From NCBI GenBank assembly GCA_965203355.1, contig OZ241889.1:1024001-1088000 (forward strand): 64,000 nt of DNA, read 5' to 3'. Under the pieces are notes generated by a model. That model was not told where the DNA came from, made no database searches, and was given only the letters and a program-made list of their open reading frames with translations. Positions within the stretch are counted from its first letter, which is position 1. Each line of letters opens with the position of its first letter. Both the position numbers and the translations under genes were made by a program. The DNA comes from Candidatus Latescibacterota bacterium. Lineage in GTDB: Bacteria; Latescibacterota; UBA2968; UBA8231. Positions 40,845 through 49,474 of this stretch are shown here, piece by piece.

Positions 40845-41687
40845 TCAAGTGCCAGCTTGGTCGAGCAGGTCGGCCAAGTTCTGGCCCAAGATCAGGCGCT
40901 TGTGCTCGTCTGGAACGAACGTGCAGTGCGTGCGGAATGCTTCGAGTGCCTGCTGGTAGGTCATGTTGAATCGCACGACCGGGTAGTCCGAGCCCCAGCA
41001 CAATCGGTGGGGGCCGAAGTGTTCGTAAAGCTGGCGCACGATGTGATGCGTATCCGAGTAGGGGTAATCCCACGAGACGTGTGAAGCGTAGTGAAAACCC
41101 GAGAGCTTGATGTAAATGTTGGGCACCTCGGCCGAGCGCAGAATCTCCTGTAGGTTGGGGTGCGGCGTTTCTTCGCGTGCGTTGGCCCCGGCCATGTGGT
41201 GACAGAGAAAAGTCACCGATGGAAAGCGCCGCGCCAGTTCGCGCAACGCTGGCTGCCACGGCGGCCCCAAAGCTAGGCTGGCGATCAGGTTCAGATCGGC
41301 TGTCGCGCTGAAAAACGCGCGCCCTTCCTCAGACGCAAACCACTCGGTGTCGCCTTTTACGTAGTGCGTATAGCCCTTGAGCTGGTACTTTTCTGCGGCC
41401 GCTTTGAGCCGCTCGGCCGCGCCCGGCGTGTGATATTCTGCCGACCACGAGCAATCCACGTCGGCAAATTGCACCAAGCGATTTGGATAGGCGCGGATTT
41501 GTTCGGCGACGTAGTCGTTGTTGTGGGGATTGTGCTCGATGCGCGCGCAGACCAACACGGCCTTATCGACGCCGTGGCGGTCCATTTCCCACAGCAGTTG
41601 CTCGACCCGGCCGCGGCTGTTGTGATCGGGCACGGGCGGCTCGTAGGGCCAGTATTCCCAAGCGTGCGTATGCGAGTCGATTATCAT
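40845..41687 (-). CDS. Amidohydrolase_2 family metal-dependent hydrolase
   Basis: IIDSHTH, CHHMA, IKLSG, WGSDYP. Confidence 0.88.
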   Translation of the reverse strand: MIIDSHTHAWEYWPYEPPVPDHNSRGRVEQLLWEMDRHGVDKAVLVCARIEHNPHNNDYVAEQIRAYPNRLVQFADVDCSWSAEYHTPGAAERLKAAAEKYQLKGYTHYVKGDTEWFASEEGRAFFSATADLNLIASLALGPPWQPALRELARRFPSVTFLCHHMAGANAREETPHPNLQEILRSAEVPNIYIKLSGFHYASHVSWDYPYSDTHHIVRQLYEHFGPHRLCWGSDYPVVRFNMTYQQALEAFRTHCTFVPDEHKRLILGQNLADLLDQAGT

Positions 41688-41832
41688 AGGAAGCCCCAAT
41701 AGGTTTGGTTGTTAAGCGTTGGCGACTTATGGCAAAAGATACTTAAAAAAGGGGCCGTCTGCCAAACTGGCTACTGGACGTTGCCCGAGCATGTGAATAG
41801 GCAGATAGGTGCTTTTTTGAGCCGTAGTGAGC

Positions 41833-41865
41833 AAAAAAACGCGGAGCAGACGAGCCGCTCCGCGT
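41833..41865 (-). terminator. Rho-independent terminator of the ECF sigma operon
   Basis: Minus strand acgcggagc-loop-gctccgcg followed by T7. Confidence 0.7.
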
Positions 41866-41890
41866 CGTGAAGGAAAATGGGAATCGCTGC

Positions 41891-42065
41891 TTACCGCTTG
41901 CCGCGCCAGAGTCGGCCACTGCCGTAAAACGCCTCGTCTTTCATCTCTTTGAGCTTTTCGCGCTGCTCGCCGGTCAAGACGTTTTCCAAAGCCGTGCGGT
42001 GCTTTTGGCGCATTCCGCGCATCTCTGTGCGGTGCTTTTGGCGCAATTCCTTGAGCTTTTTGATG
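41891..42065 (-). pseudogene. C-terminal fragment of a Spy/CpxP (LTXXQ) family protein
   Basis: Unannotated frame IKKLKELRQKHRTEMRGMRQKHRTALENVLTGEQREKLKEMK..stop at 41891; no signal peptide or start upstream. Confidence 0.55.
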
Positions 42066-42470
42066 CTATTTATTCCGGTGCGTTTTGATTTTTTGGTGCC
42101 GCTCGCGCCAAGGTCCCATCAACTCCCCAAAGCGTCGCTGCCGCCGATCTAGCCGCCTGAGTTGCTCCTCAGACAACAAGGGGGCCAGCTCGGCCCGCGA
42201 CGCATCCAACTGTTCCTTTAATTCTTCCCGATGCTTGGCGTTGAGTTCGCGGAGCGCGGCGGCGTATCGCCGCAGCACGGCCCGCATGGCTTGGCGTTGC
42301 TCTTCGTCCTGCGGCGCGAGCAACCGCTCGGTGCTGCGGACAAAATGGCGGGGATGCGGAATGGGCCGCAGGCGGTCGCGAACGAACCACCCGGAGAGCA
42401 GCGTCCCGATCAGTACGCCGATGAGCAGGGTACTGAAGAGAATGAGTGCGCCTTTAGTTTTCCCTCGCAT
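42066..42470 (-). CDS. Periplasmic helical protein (Spy/CpxP/heavy-metal sensor-like)
   Basis: N-terminal TM/signal; LAPQDEEQ and LLSEEQ (LTXXQ-like) motifs; follows the anti-sigma gene. Confidence 0.65.
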   Translation of the reverse strand: MRGKTKGALILFSTLLIGVLIGTLLSGWFVRDRLRPIPHPRHFVRSTERLLAPQDEEQRQAMRAVLRRYAAALRELNAKHREELKEQLDASRAELAPLLSEEQLRRLDRRQRRFGELMGPWRERHQKIKTHRNK

Positions 42471-42471
42471 A

Positions 42472-42882
42472 TCACCTGTCCAAGACGTATGCCGCTTCGG
42501 GTGTGGCCGGCACGGCGGCGAAAATTGCGGCGAGGAACGAGGGGTCGTCGCCGATGAGTTCGCGCTCGTTCCAGTTGCTCAGCGCCAAAAAGGCGACCAC
42601 GGCGATGGCGACTGGGGCCAAGGGGCGAAAGAGCCACACGAGGGCATCGGTTAGGCTTTCTTCGCGCTGGCTTTTGACGCGCTGCGCAACGCGCATGGCA
42701 AAGAACGGCCGGAACGAGTCGGCGCGGCTTTCGCGCAGGAGGCCGCTGACTTTTTGCAGGTGTTCCCATTCGGCGCGGAACGCGTCGTCGGTAGCTAGGG
42801 CACGCTCGAATGCCGCGTGCTCGCTCGCGCTCAATTCGCCGGCCAGCGCCCGTAGCATTTTGCTGCGATAGCTGTCAGTCAT
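42472..42882 (-). CDS. Anti-sigma factor (single TM)
   Basis: GELSASEHAAFERALA motif, central TM; overlaps the ECF sigma stop. Confidence 0.75.
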   Translation of the reverse strand: MTDSYRSKMLRALAGELSASEHAAFERALATDDAFRAEWEHLQKVSGLLRESRADSFRPFFAMRVAQRVKSQREESLTDALVWLFRPLAPVAIAVVAFLALSNWNERELIGDDPSFLAAIFAAVPATPEAAYVLDR

Positions 42883-43444
42883 ATAGGTCCTCGTCTTTGA
42901 GGAGGGTCGCTAGTTTTTTCATGCCGCGTGCGAGCCGCGAGAGCACCGTGCCCTCGGCGATCTCCAACAGCGCGGCCGTTTCCTTGGTCGAATAGCCCTC
43001 GATCATCCGCAGCACTACCACCGCCCGGAAAGCTGGTTTGAGTTGGTTGAGGGCCGCTTGTACTGCTTGCGCTCGCTCGTGCGTGGTCTGTTCGTCGCGG
43101 CCATCGACGCTCGGCTCGGCGGGCCGGGCCTGTTCGTCGTCGCGGCTCCAGAAGCGCAAACGCTGTCGCTTGCGGCGCGCTAGCGCGTTGAGCGAGAGGT
43201 TGATGGCAATGCGCGTCAAATAGGTGCCCAGTGCTGCGTCGCCGCGAAACTTGTCCAGCGATTGGTAGAAGCGGACAAAGGTTTCCTGCCCCACGTCGTC
43301 GGCCTCGTCGCCCCGCCCCAACATGCCCACGACCACGGCGGCCACTTGCGGCTCATAGCGCTCGATTAGGATGCGCCAGGCCGCTTCGTCGCCAGTGCGC
43401 GCTCGGTCGATCAGGGCGCGGTCTGTGCCCGCTTGCTCTGCCAT
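42875..43444 (-). CDS. ECF RNA polymerase sigma factor
   Basis: ADDVGQETF, YLTRIAIN, EGYSTKETA..GTVLSRLARG; likely ATG 43444. Confidence 0.93.
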   Translation of the reverse strand: MAEQAGTDRALIDRARTGDEAAWRILIERYEPQVAAVVVGMLGRGDEADDVGQETFVRFYQSLDKFRGDAALGTYLTRIAINLSLNALARRKRQRLRFWSRDDEQARPAEPSVDGRDEQTTHERAQAVQAALNQLKPAFRAVVVLRMIEGYSTKETAALLEIAEGTVLSRLARGMKKLATLLKDEDLYD

Positions 43445-43543
43445 ATTGTTAGACAATGTAAGGGGCAAAGTCATTCCCCACCTAATAAAAATGCGAAAGC
43501 CGACAGTCTTGCCGTCCGTGCCCAATATGCGTTTTCTTTTTGC

Positions 43544-44092
43544 ATGGTCTTAGCTATGCTCGCGTCCCTGCTGTTGGTGGGCTGCCGTCCCGATCCCCCC
43601 AAAGCCCTCGACTTGGCTGGCAATCCGGTCGATCCTTTTGCCAACCGCGCGCCCGTTGCGGTTTTGCTCTTCGTCCAGACCGATTGCCCCATCTCCAACC
43701 GCTACGCCCCCACTATCGCGCGGCTCCACGCCCGCTTCCAGCCGCAAGGCGTTGCGTTCTACTTGGTGTATCCCGACCGCCGCGAGGATGCGGACGCCAT
43801 CCGCCGTCACCGCGAGGAATACGATTTGCCGGGCCAAGCCCTGCGGGATGTGCAACACGCCCTTGTCGACCGAGTCGGCGCGAGGGTGACCCCAGAAGCT
43901 GTGGTGTTGGGGGAGCGCGGCAACATCGTCTATCGGGGCCGCATTGACGACCGCTACATGGCCTTGGACCAGATGCGTCCACAGCCGACCCGCAACGACC
44001 TTGCCAACGCCCTAGCGACGGCCCTTGCGGGTCGTCCACCAGACCCGAGCGCCACCGAGGCGATTGGCTGTTTTATCGCCGACCTGCAATGA
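43544..44092 (+). CDS. Redoxin (AhpC/TSA-like) lipoprotein
   Basis: Lipobox LVG-C; FVQTDCP, TPE, YRGRIDD, C-terminal GC. Confidence 0.82.
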   Translation: MVLAMLASLLLVGCRPDPPKALDLAGNPVDPFANRAPVAVLLFVQTDCPISNRYAPTIARLHARFQPQGVAFYLVYPDRREDADAIRRHREEYDLPGQALRDVQHALVDRVGARVTPEAVVLGERGNIVYRGRIDDRYMALDQMRPQPTRNDLANALATALAGRPPDPSATEAIGCFIADLQ

Positions 44093-45756
44093 CGCGCTAT
44101 TGGGGCTTCTTTGTTGCCGCCTGTTTTGGGTGTAGTGGAGGAGAGGCTCCGACCTTCAACCGCGACATTGCGCCGATTGTCTTTCACAACTGCGCCCCTT
44201 GCCACCGGCCCGCTGGCCCGGCCCCTTTTGACTTGCTCAGCTATGCGAATGTGAAGGCACGCGCCGAGCAAATCGCCTTTGTCGCGGAGACGCGCTACAT
44301 GCCGCCGTGGAAGCCCAAGCGCGGCTACGGCCGCTTTGCTGGCGAGCGCGGATTGAGTGCGGCGCAGATCGCCACCATCGGCCGCTGGGTCGAGCGCGGC
44401 AAGCTGGAGGGTAGCGCCGTGGATCTGCCGCCGCTGCCCCAGTGGGCGAGTGAGTGGGAACTAGGCCAGCCCGACTTAATCGCCGCCATGCCATCGGCCT
44501 ATACCCTGCGGGCCGATGGCCCAGATGTCTTCCGCAACTTCGCCATCCCGCTGCCCGTTGACTCGACCCGCTATGTCAAGGCCCTAGAGTTCAGGCCGGG
44601 CAACGCGCGCATCGTCCACCACGCTACCATGATGATCGACCGCAGCGGCGCGGCGCGGCGGCGGGATGGGCGCGACGGTGCCCCGGGATTTGACGGCATG
44701 AGCTTTGGCGAGGCCGAGGACGCCGATGGGCACTTCCTCGGCTGGACCCAAGGCAAAACCCCCTATCCCGGTAGCGACAGCTTGGCTTGGCGGCTCGAAC
44801 CGGGCACGGACTTACTGCTCCAGTTGCACCTGTTGCCGACCGGCAAAGAAGAATCCATCCAGGCCCGCGTTGGCCTGTTTTTCGCGGATGCGCCGCCCAA
44901 GAGACGCCCGGCCATGCTGCGCTTGGGCCGCAAGGACCTAGATATACCGCCCGGCGCGCGCGACCATTGGATCCGCGATGCGTACCGGCTGCCCGTGGAT
45001 GTCGAGGTCTTGACCATCTACCCGCACGCGCACTACCTCGGCCGAGAAATCCGCGCGTATGCCGAATTGCCCGACGGAGAGCGGGAGTGGCTCATCTGGA
45101 TTGAGGACTGGGACTTTAACTGGCAGGACGACTACCGATTTTCCGCGCCCGTCTTCTTGCCGGCTGGCGCGACGCTGGTCATGGAATACGCGTACGACAA
45201 CTCCGCGCAAAACCCCCGCCAGCCCCGAGACCCCCCCGTGCGGGTGCGCTACGGGCTGCAATCGACCGACGAGATGGGCGACCTGACGCTACAGATTTTG
45301 CCGCGCCGCCCCGAGGATCTAGAGCGCCTCCGCCGCGACTTCTACCGCAAGTGGCTGGGGCAGGAAATCGACGGCTACAAGAAGTTGCTCGAAGCCGCTC
45401 CTCAAGACTGGGACATCCACCATACCTTGGCCATGTTCTACATGCGCTCCGGCCAGCGTCCGTTGGCGCTGGCGCATTTCGAGTTGGCCTTGGAATACAA
45501 CCCGGAGTACCCGGAGGCTCACGTGAACTTTGGGATTGCGCTGGCTCAAAGTCGCCAATGGGAGCAGGCCGTCGTGCACTTTGAACGCGCTTTGCAGCGC
45601 AACCCGGATTTTGCCGAAGCTCATTTCAATTTGGGATTGGTACTGGAGATGCAGGGCCGCTCGGCCGAAGCCAAGCCCCACTTCGCCGCTGTCGTTCGCC
45701 TGCGGCCGGACATGGCTGCGGCCATTGAACAGCGCGTGGCCAAGCTGCGCCGCTAG
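44089..45756 (+). CDS. Lipoprotein: cytochrome c plus PHM-type copper monooxygenase-like domain plus TPR repeats
   Basis: CAPCH and MPPW; VHH, LQLH, PHAH, DEMG; C-terminal TPRs (PEYPEAHVNFG, PDFAEAHFNLG); overlaps the redoxin stop (ATGA). Confidence 0.75.
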   Translation: MTRYWGFFVAACFGCSGGEAPTFNRDIAPIVFHNCAPCHRPAGPAPFDLLSYANVKARAEQIAFVAETRYMPPWKPKRGYGRFAGERGLSAAQIATIGRWVERGKLEGSAVDLPPLPQWASEWELGQPDLIAAMPSAYTLRADGPDVFRNFAIPLPVDSTRYVKALEFRPGNARIVHHATMMIDRSGAARRRDGRDGAPGFDGMSFGEAEDADGHFLGWTQGKTPYPGSDSLAWRLEPGTDLLLQLHLLPTGKEESIQARVGLFFADAPPKRRPAMLRLGRKDLDIPPGARDHWIRDAYRLPVDVEVLTIYPHAHYLGREIRAYAELPDGEREWLIWIEDWDFNWQDDYRFSAPVFLPAGATLVMEYAYDNSAQNPRQPRDPPVRVRYGLQSTDEMGDLTLQILPRRPEDLERLRRDFYRKWLGQEIDGYKKLLEAAPQDWDIHHTLAMFYMRSGQRPLALAHFELALEYNPEYPEAHVNFGIALAQSRQWEQAVVHFERALQRNPDFAEAHFNLGLVLEMQGRSAEAKPHFAAVVRLRPDMAAAIEQRVAKLRR

Positions 45757-46613
45757 CCGCCTTTTCCCAACGTCGTCGCTAATCCCAAGACGAACTGTCG
45801 GCCGGCCGGAAAGTTGCGCCCGTTGAGCGAGAAGCGCACCGCCACCTCGGCCGTTGTGCGCTGGCCGATGGCGTAGAGCAAGGCCGGCGTCAGGAAGGTG
45901 ATGCGTTTGATCTCGGCTTCAATGCCGCCGAAGACGAGCGCCGGCTTGCTGCGGAGCACCTCGCATTTGCCCAACAGCACGAGTTGGCGCACGATCCGAT
46001 AGCCCAGCTCGGCGTTGAGGAACCACTCGTCGCCGGGGTCGCGGTCGATCTGTTGGTTGCGGGTGCGCACGCGATAGCCGAGGTCGATGTTGCCGTACAA
46101 GGGCAGCGGCCAAAAGGAACGCCCCACCTGCCCGACAAAGTCGAAATCCCACTGCCCCTCACCCACCGGGATTAGCCCGTCTTCGTTTTTGAACTCGCCC
46201 GTTGGCACCTTGACGCTGGCTTTGAACGCGAGAACCAATGGTCTGGCTAAAAGGCGCAACTTGACCAAGGCGCGGATGTCGCTCAGGCCGGTATCGGTGC
46301 GGGGTTTGGCGAAGGCGGCGTTGGCAAAGGATTGATCGAAATAGGGAACCTGCAAACCGAAGTCTAGGCGGTCGGTGACGCCGTACAGGCCCTCGAAAAA
46401 GACGGCCCGCGATTCGTATCGCCCGTCAAAATCGTAGTGGGCGCGGGTGCCGGGCGCGCCAGAGCGACCCTGGCCGACGTACCATTCCTCGGTTTGCTGC
46501 TGGAAGTACGTGAGCTTGCTCCAGAACTGGCCTCGCGGCAAAGTCCAAGCTCCGGCATCCACATCGGTTGCCGCACTGAGGAGTATTAAGCCGACCCGCA
46601 GATATTGGACCAT
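45753..46613 (-). CDS. Putative outer-membrane beta-barrel (MetA-pathway/'transporter'-like)
   Basis: Signal peptide ending AGAW; YGVTDRL, GLSDI, KVPTG, GEGQWD; alternating beta-strand pattern. Confidence 0.6.
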   Translation of the reverse strand: MVQYLRVGLILLSAATDVDAGAWTLPRGQFWSKLTYFQQQTEEWYVGQGRSGAPGTRAHYDFDGRYESRAVFFEGLYGVTDRLDFGLQVPYFDQSFANAAFAKPRTDTGLSDIRALVKLRLLARPLVLAFKASVKVPTGEFKNEDGLIPVGEGQWDFDFVGQVGRSFWPLPLYGNIDLGYRVRTRNQQIDRDPGDEWFLNAELGYRIVRQLVLLGKCEVLRSKPALVFGGIEAEIKRITFLTPALLYAIGQRTTAEVAVRFSLNGRNFPAGRQFVLGLATTLGKGG

Positions 46614-46675
46614 GGCCGCCTTCCTTTCGCGTGTTGGGTTCGCGGTTTCCCCGTAGAATAAGTACTTTTGAGCTT

Positions 46676-47959
46676 GTGCATATACTGACGCTGGGAATCA
46701 ATCACCGCACCGCGCCGGTGGAAATCCGCGAGCGGCTGGCCTTCCTCGAAAGCGACCAGCCTTCGGCCTTGGCTCGGCTTGTCGGCGACTACGGGCTGCA
46801 CGAGGCCGCGATTCTCTCAACTTGCAACCGCTCTGAGCTGTACTTGGCGGCCGATGGCGACAGCGGGCCGGCCCAAGTGCGCCGCTTCCTCGCCGAGTGC
46901 CAAGGCGTAGATGTCGCGACGCTTGAATCCCACTTCTACCAACTCAACGACTCAGACGCGGCCGTTCATCTTTTTCGCGTTGCCAGTGGCATTGACTCCC
47001 TCGTCGTCGGCGAGTCCCAGATTCTCGGGCAAGTGCGCCGCGCATTGGAAATGGCCCAGCAAAACGGCTCGGCGCGTCTGTTGCTCAACGAGCTTTTTCA
47101 GCGCTCGTTGCGCGTGGGCAAGCGCGCGCGCGCCGAAACCGATATTGGCCGCGGCCGGCTGTCGATTAGCACGGCTGCGGTCGCGCTGGCGGGCCAGGTT
47201 TTTGAAAACATGACGGGTTGCTGCGTACTCTTGGTCGGCGCGGGCGAGATAGGTGCGCTCACGGCCCAGTACTTGGTTGACTATGGCGTTGAGCGGCTCT
47301 TGGTCAGCAGCCGCACTTTTGCCCGCTCCGAGTCGCTGGCCAGCCAGTTGAGCGGCGAGGCCGTGCCTTTTGCGGAATTAGCTACCCAGCTCGCCGCGGT
47401 TGACATCGTCATATCGGCGACCGCGGCCACGGATTACGTCATTCGGTCCGCTGACTTGCGTCGGGCTATGGAGCAACGCCGAGGACGCCCGCTGTTTCTC
47501 ATCGATATTGCGGTGCCGCGCGACATTGACCCGGCCGCGCGCGACCTCGACAACGTCTTCCTGTTTGACGTGGACGATCTCGAACAAGTGGTTGCTGCCA
47601 ACCGCCAAGAGCGCGAGGGGGAAATCCGCTGTGTGCAAGCCATTATCGACCACGAGCTAAAGGAGTTTTTGCACTGGTTTAATGCCTTGGGAACTGGCCC
47701 GCTAATCCGCGCTTTGCGCGCGCGCGCCGCGCACCTCCAAGAACAGGAACTCGCGCGCTGGGCCGCCCAACTCGGTCCGCTCTCGGCGGCCGAGCGCCAG
47801 CTCGTGGAGGGCATTTTGCGCGGTTACGCCAATAAGCTCCTGCACGATCCGCTCGTGCAGATCCGCGAATTCGCCAACGATGACGAAGGCTACATCCGCC
47901 TCGATACGGTGCGCCGTCTCTTCCGGCTCGACGACGAGGCCGGGAAAAAAGACTCGTGA
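46676..47959 (+). CDS. hemA: Glutamyl-tRNA reductase
   Basis: GINHRTAPVEIRE, LSTCNR.E, SGIDSLVVGESQILGQV, IDIAVPRDI. Confidence 0.96.
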   Translation: MHILTLGINHRTAPVEIRERLAFLESDQPSALARLVGDYGLHEAAILSTCNRSELYLAADGDSGPAQVRRFLAECQGVDVATLESHFYQLNDSDAAVHLFRVASGIDSLVVGESQILGQVRRALEMAQQNGSARLLLNELFQRSLRVGKRARAETDIGRGRLSISTAAVALAGQVFENMTGCCVLLVGAGEIGALTAQYLVDYGVERLLVSSRTFARSESLASQLSGEAVPFAELATQLAAVDIVISATAATDYVIRSADLRRAMEQRRGRPLFLIDIAVPRDIDPAARDLDNVFLFDVDDLEQVVAANRQEREGEIRCVQAIIDHELKEFLHWFNALGTGPLIRALRARAAHLQEQELARWAAQLGPLSAAERQLVEGILRGYANKLLHDPLVQIREFANDDEGYIRLDTVRRLFRLDDEAGKKDS

Positions 47960-48768
47960 CGACGTTCTGCATTGTCTCCCTCGTCATGGCCTTGGCTTTT
48001 TACTTGGCCGCCGCCCTGCTGTATCAAGGGCACTTCCTCTGGCATAAGGGCAACTGGGACGCGCTGGGGCGCAAGAGCCTGAAGTTGGGCTTGGCCGTAC
48101 ACGCGATCAGTATCGCGCTGCACTTCGCGCTTTCCGGCCAAGCCCTCTTCGCCAATATGATGGTGATTATCGCCTCGCTGGTCATGGCTTTAGTCGTAGC
48201 CGGCTTGCTCGGCGAGCGCTATGCGCGCATTCGCCACTTTGGCTTGCTGACCGCGCCCCTTGCCTTTCTCGGCTTGCTCTATCCGCTGCTGCTGCCCGTC
48301 CGCTTTGCGGAGGCCGAATCGATCCTCGTGGAGTATCCCTTCCTCGGCATCCACGTGGTGCTAACGCTGCTGGGGCACGTGGGTTTCGCCTTGGCGTTCT
48401 GCTCGGCGGTCGGCTACCTCGTCCAACATCAAGCCTTGAAAAAGGGTCGGCTCAACAGCTATCTGCCCGCACTCGACACGGCGGCGGCGGCGACCTTTCG
48501 CTTTGCGGGCGGCGGTTTTTCGCTCTTTACCTTGGGGCTGGGCATGGGTGCGATTTGGTTTTTTGGTGCGCCGGGCGCACACCTCGCGGGCGGAGATACC
48601 AAAATCTGGCTCGCCCTGCCGACGTGGTTCGTCTTTGGTACCTATCTCTATTTGCGCGGCATTGGCCGCCGGCACGGTCGCCGTCTCAAGTGGTTGGTGA
48701 TTGCCGGGTTTGTGCTGGGTCTGATCAATCTGCTGTGGGTGCGCCACGATTTCGTCAATTTTGTCTAG
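47956..48768 (+). CDS. ccsA: Cytochrome c assembly protein (CcsA/HemX family)
   Basis: About 8 TM helices, conserved His (GIHV), LPALD, D.K motif, terminal H.F; coupled to hemA. Confidence 0.75.
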   Translation: MTTFCIVSLVMALAFYLAAALLYQGHFLWHKGNWDALGRKSLKLGLAVHAISIALHFALSGQALFANMMVIIASLVMALVVAGLLGERYARIRHFGLLTAPLAFLGLLYPLLLPVRFAEAESILVEYPFLGIHVVLTLLGHVGFALAFCSAVGYLVQHQALKKGRLNSYLPALDTAAAATFRFAGGGFSLFTLGLGMGAIWFFGAPGAHLAGGDTKIWLALPTWFVFGTYLYLRGIGRRHGRRLKWLVIAGFVLGLINLLWVRHDFVNFV

Positions 48769-48947
48769 TGTGCCGCACCTTCTGCATGTACCGATCCATG
48801 TAACGCAATCGCAACACGGCTGTTTCTCTCATACTACATCGCGGCACCCCGCCAGGCACCGTTGTTCAGTGTGCAAGATGATTTAAGCGATTGGCCTGCA
48901 TTTTGCATGCGCCATGTAGCCGATTATCTTTAACCCAATGCGAAAGG

Positions 48948-49313
48948 ATGCCCACCATGTCCACTCCACAATCCGCTCCCGAAATCTCCATCCGCGATGT
49001 TTTGCAGCAGATCGACCATCGCCTGAGTCTCATCGAGATGGATGTGCGCGAAAACAATGCCAAGATCGATGCGCTCAATAGCGAGCTCACAGGCAAGATC
49101 GTTGCGCTCGACCGCGAAAATAATGCCAAGATCGATGCACTCAATAGCGAGGTCACAGGTAAGATCGATGCGCTCGACCGCGAAGTCGCCGGCAAAATTG
49201 AAGTTGAAATACGCGAGCTGCGCCGCGAGTTCAACAACAAGTTTAGCTTGGTTATCGGTTTGGTCATCACTTCTTGGCTATCGATGATGGCTACGCTGCT
49301 CTTCAAATTGTAG
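48948..49313 (+). CDS. Coiled-coil repeat protein with C-terminal TM (CCDC90/DUF1640-like)
   Basis: 11-aa repeats RENNAKIDALN/SELTGKIVALD; C-terminal hydrophobic helix. Confidence 0.7.
   Translation: MPTMSTPQSAPEISIRDVLQQIDHRLSLIEMDVRENNAKIDALNSELTGKIVALDRENNAKIDALNSEVTGKIDALDREVAGKIEVEIRELRREFNNKFSLVIGLVITSWLSMMATLLFKL
49047..49200. repeat. 33/66-bp intragenic tandem repeat
   Basis: cgcgaaaa(c/t)aatgccaagatcgatgc..caatagcgag..cacagg.aagatcg.tgcgctcgac at 49047 and 49113, partial third copy at 49179. Confidence 0.85.
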
Positions 49314-49474
49314 ATGCGGTTACGCTCCTTGTGCGCGAACCCCGCCTGATTCATCCACAAGCAACAAATGACGTAGAATGACTCCGCCCGCCGCGCCGCC
49401 GTGCGGGATTTGTATCGCCATCGTTCTGCCATATCTTCTGTCGCCTACACAAATAAGGAGTCACAGATACCCCT

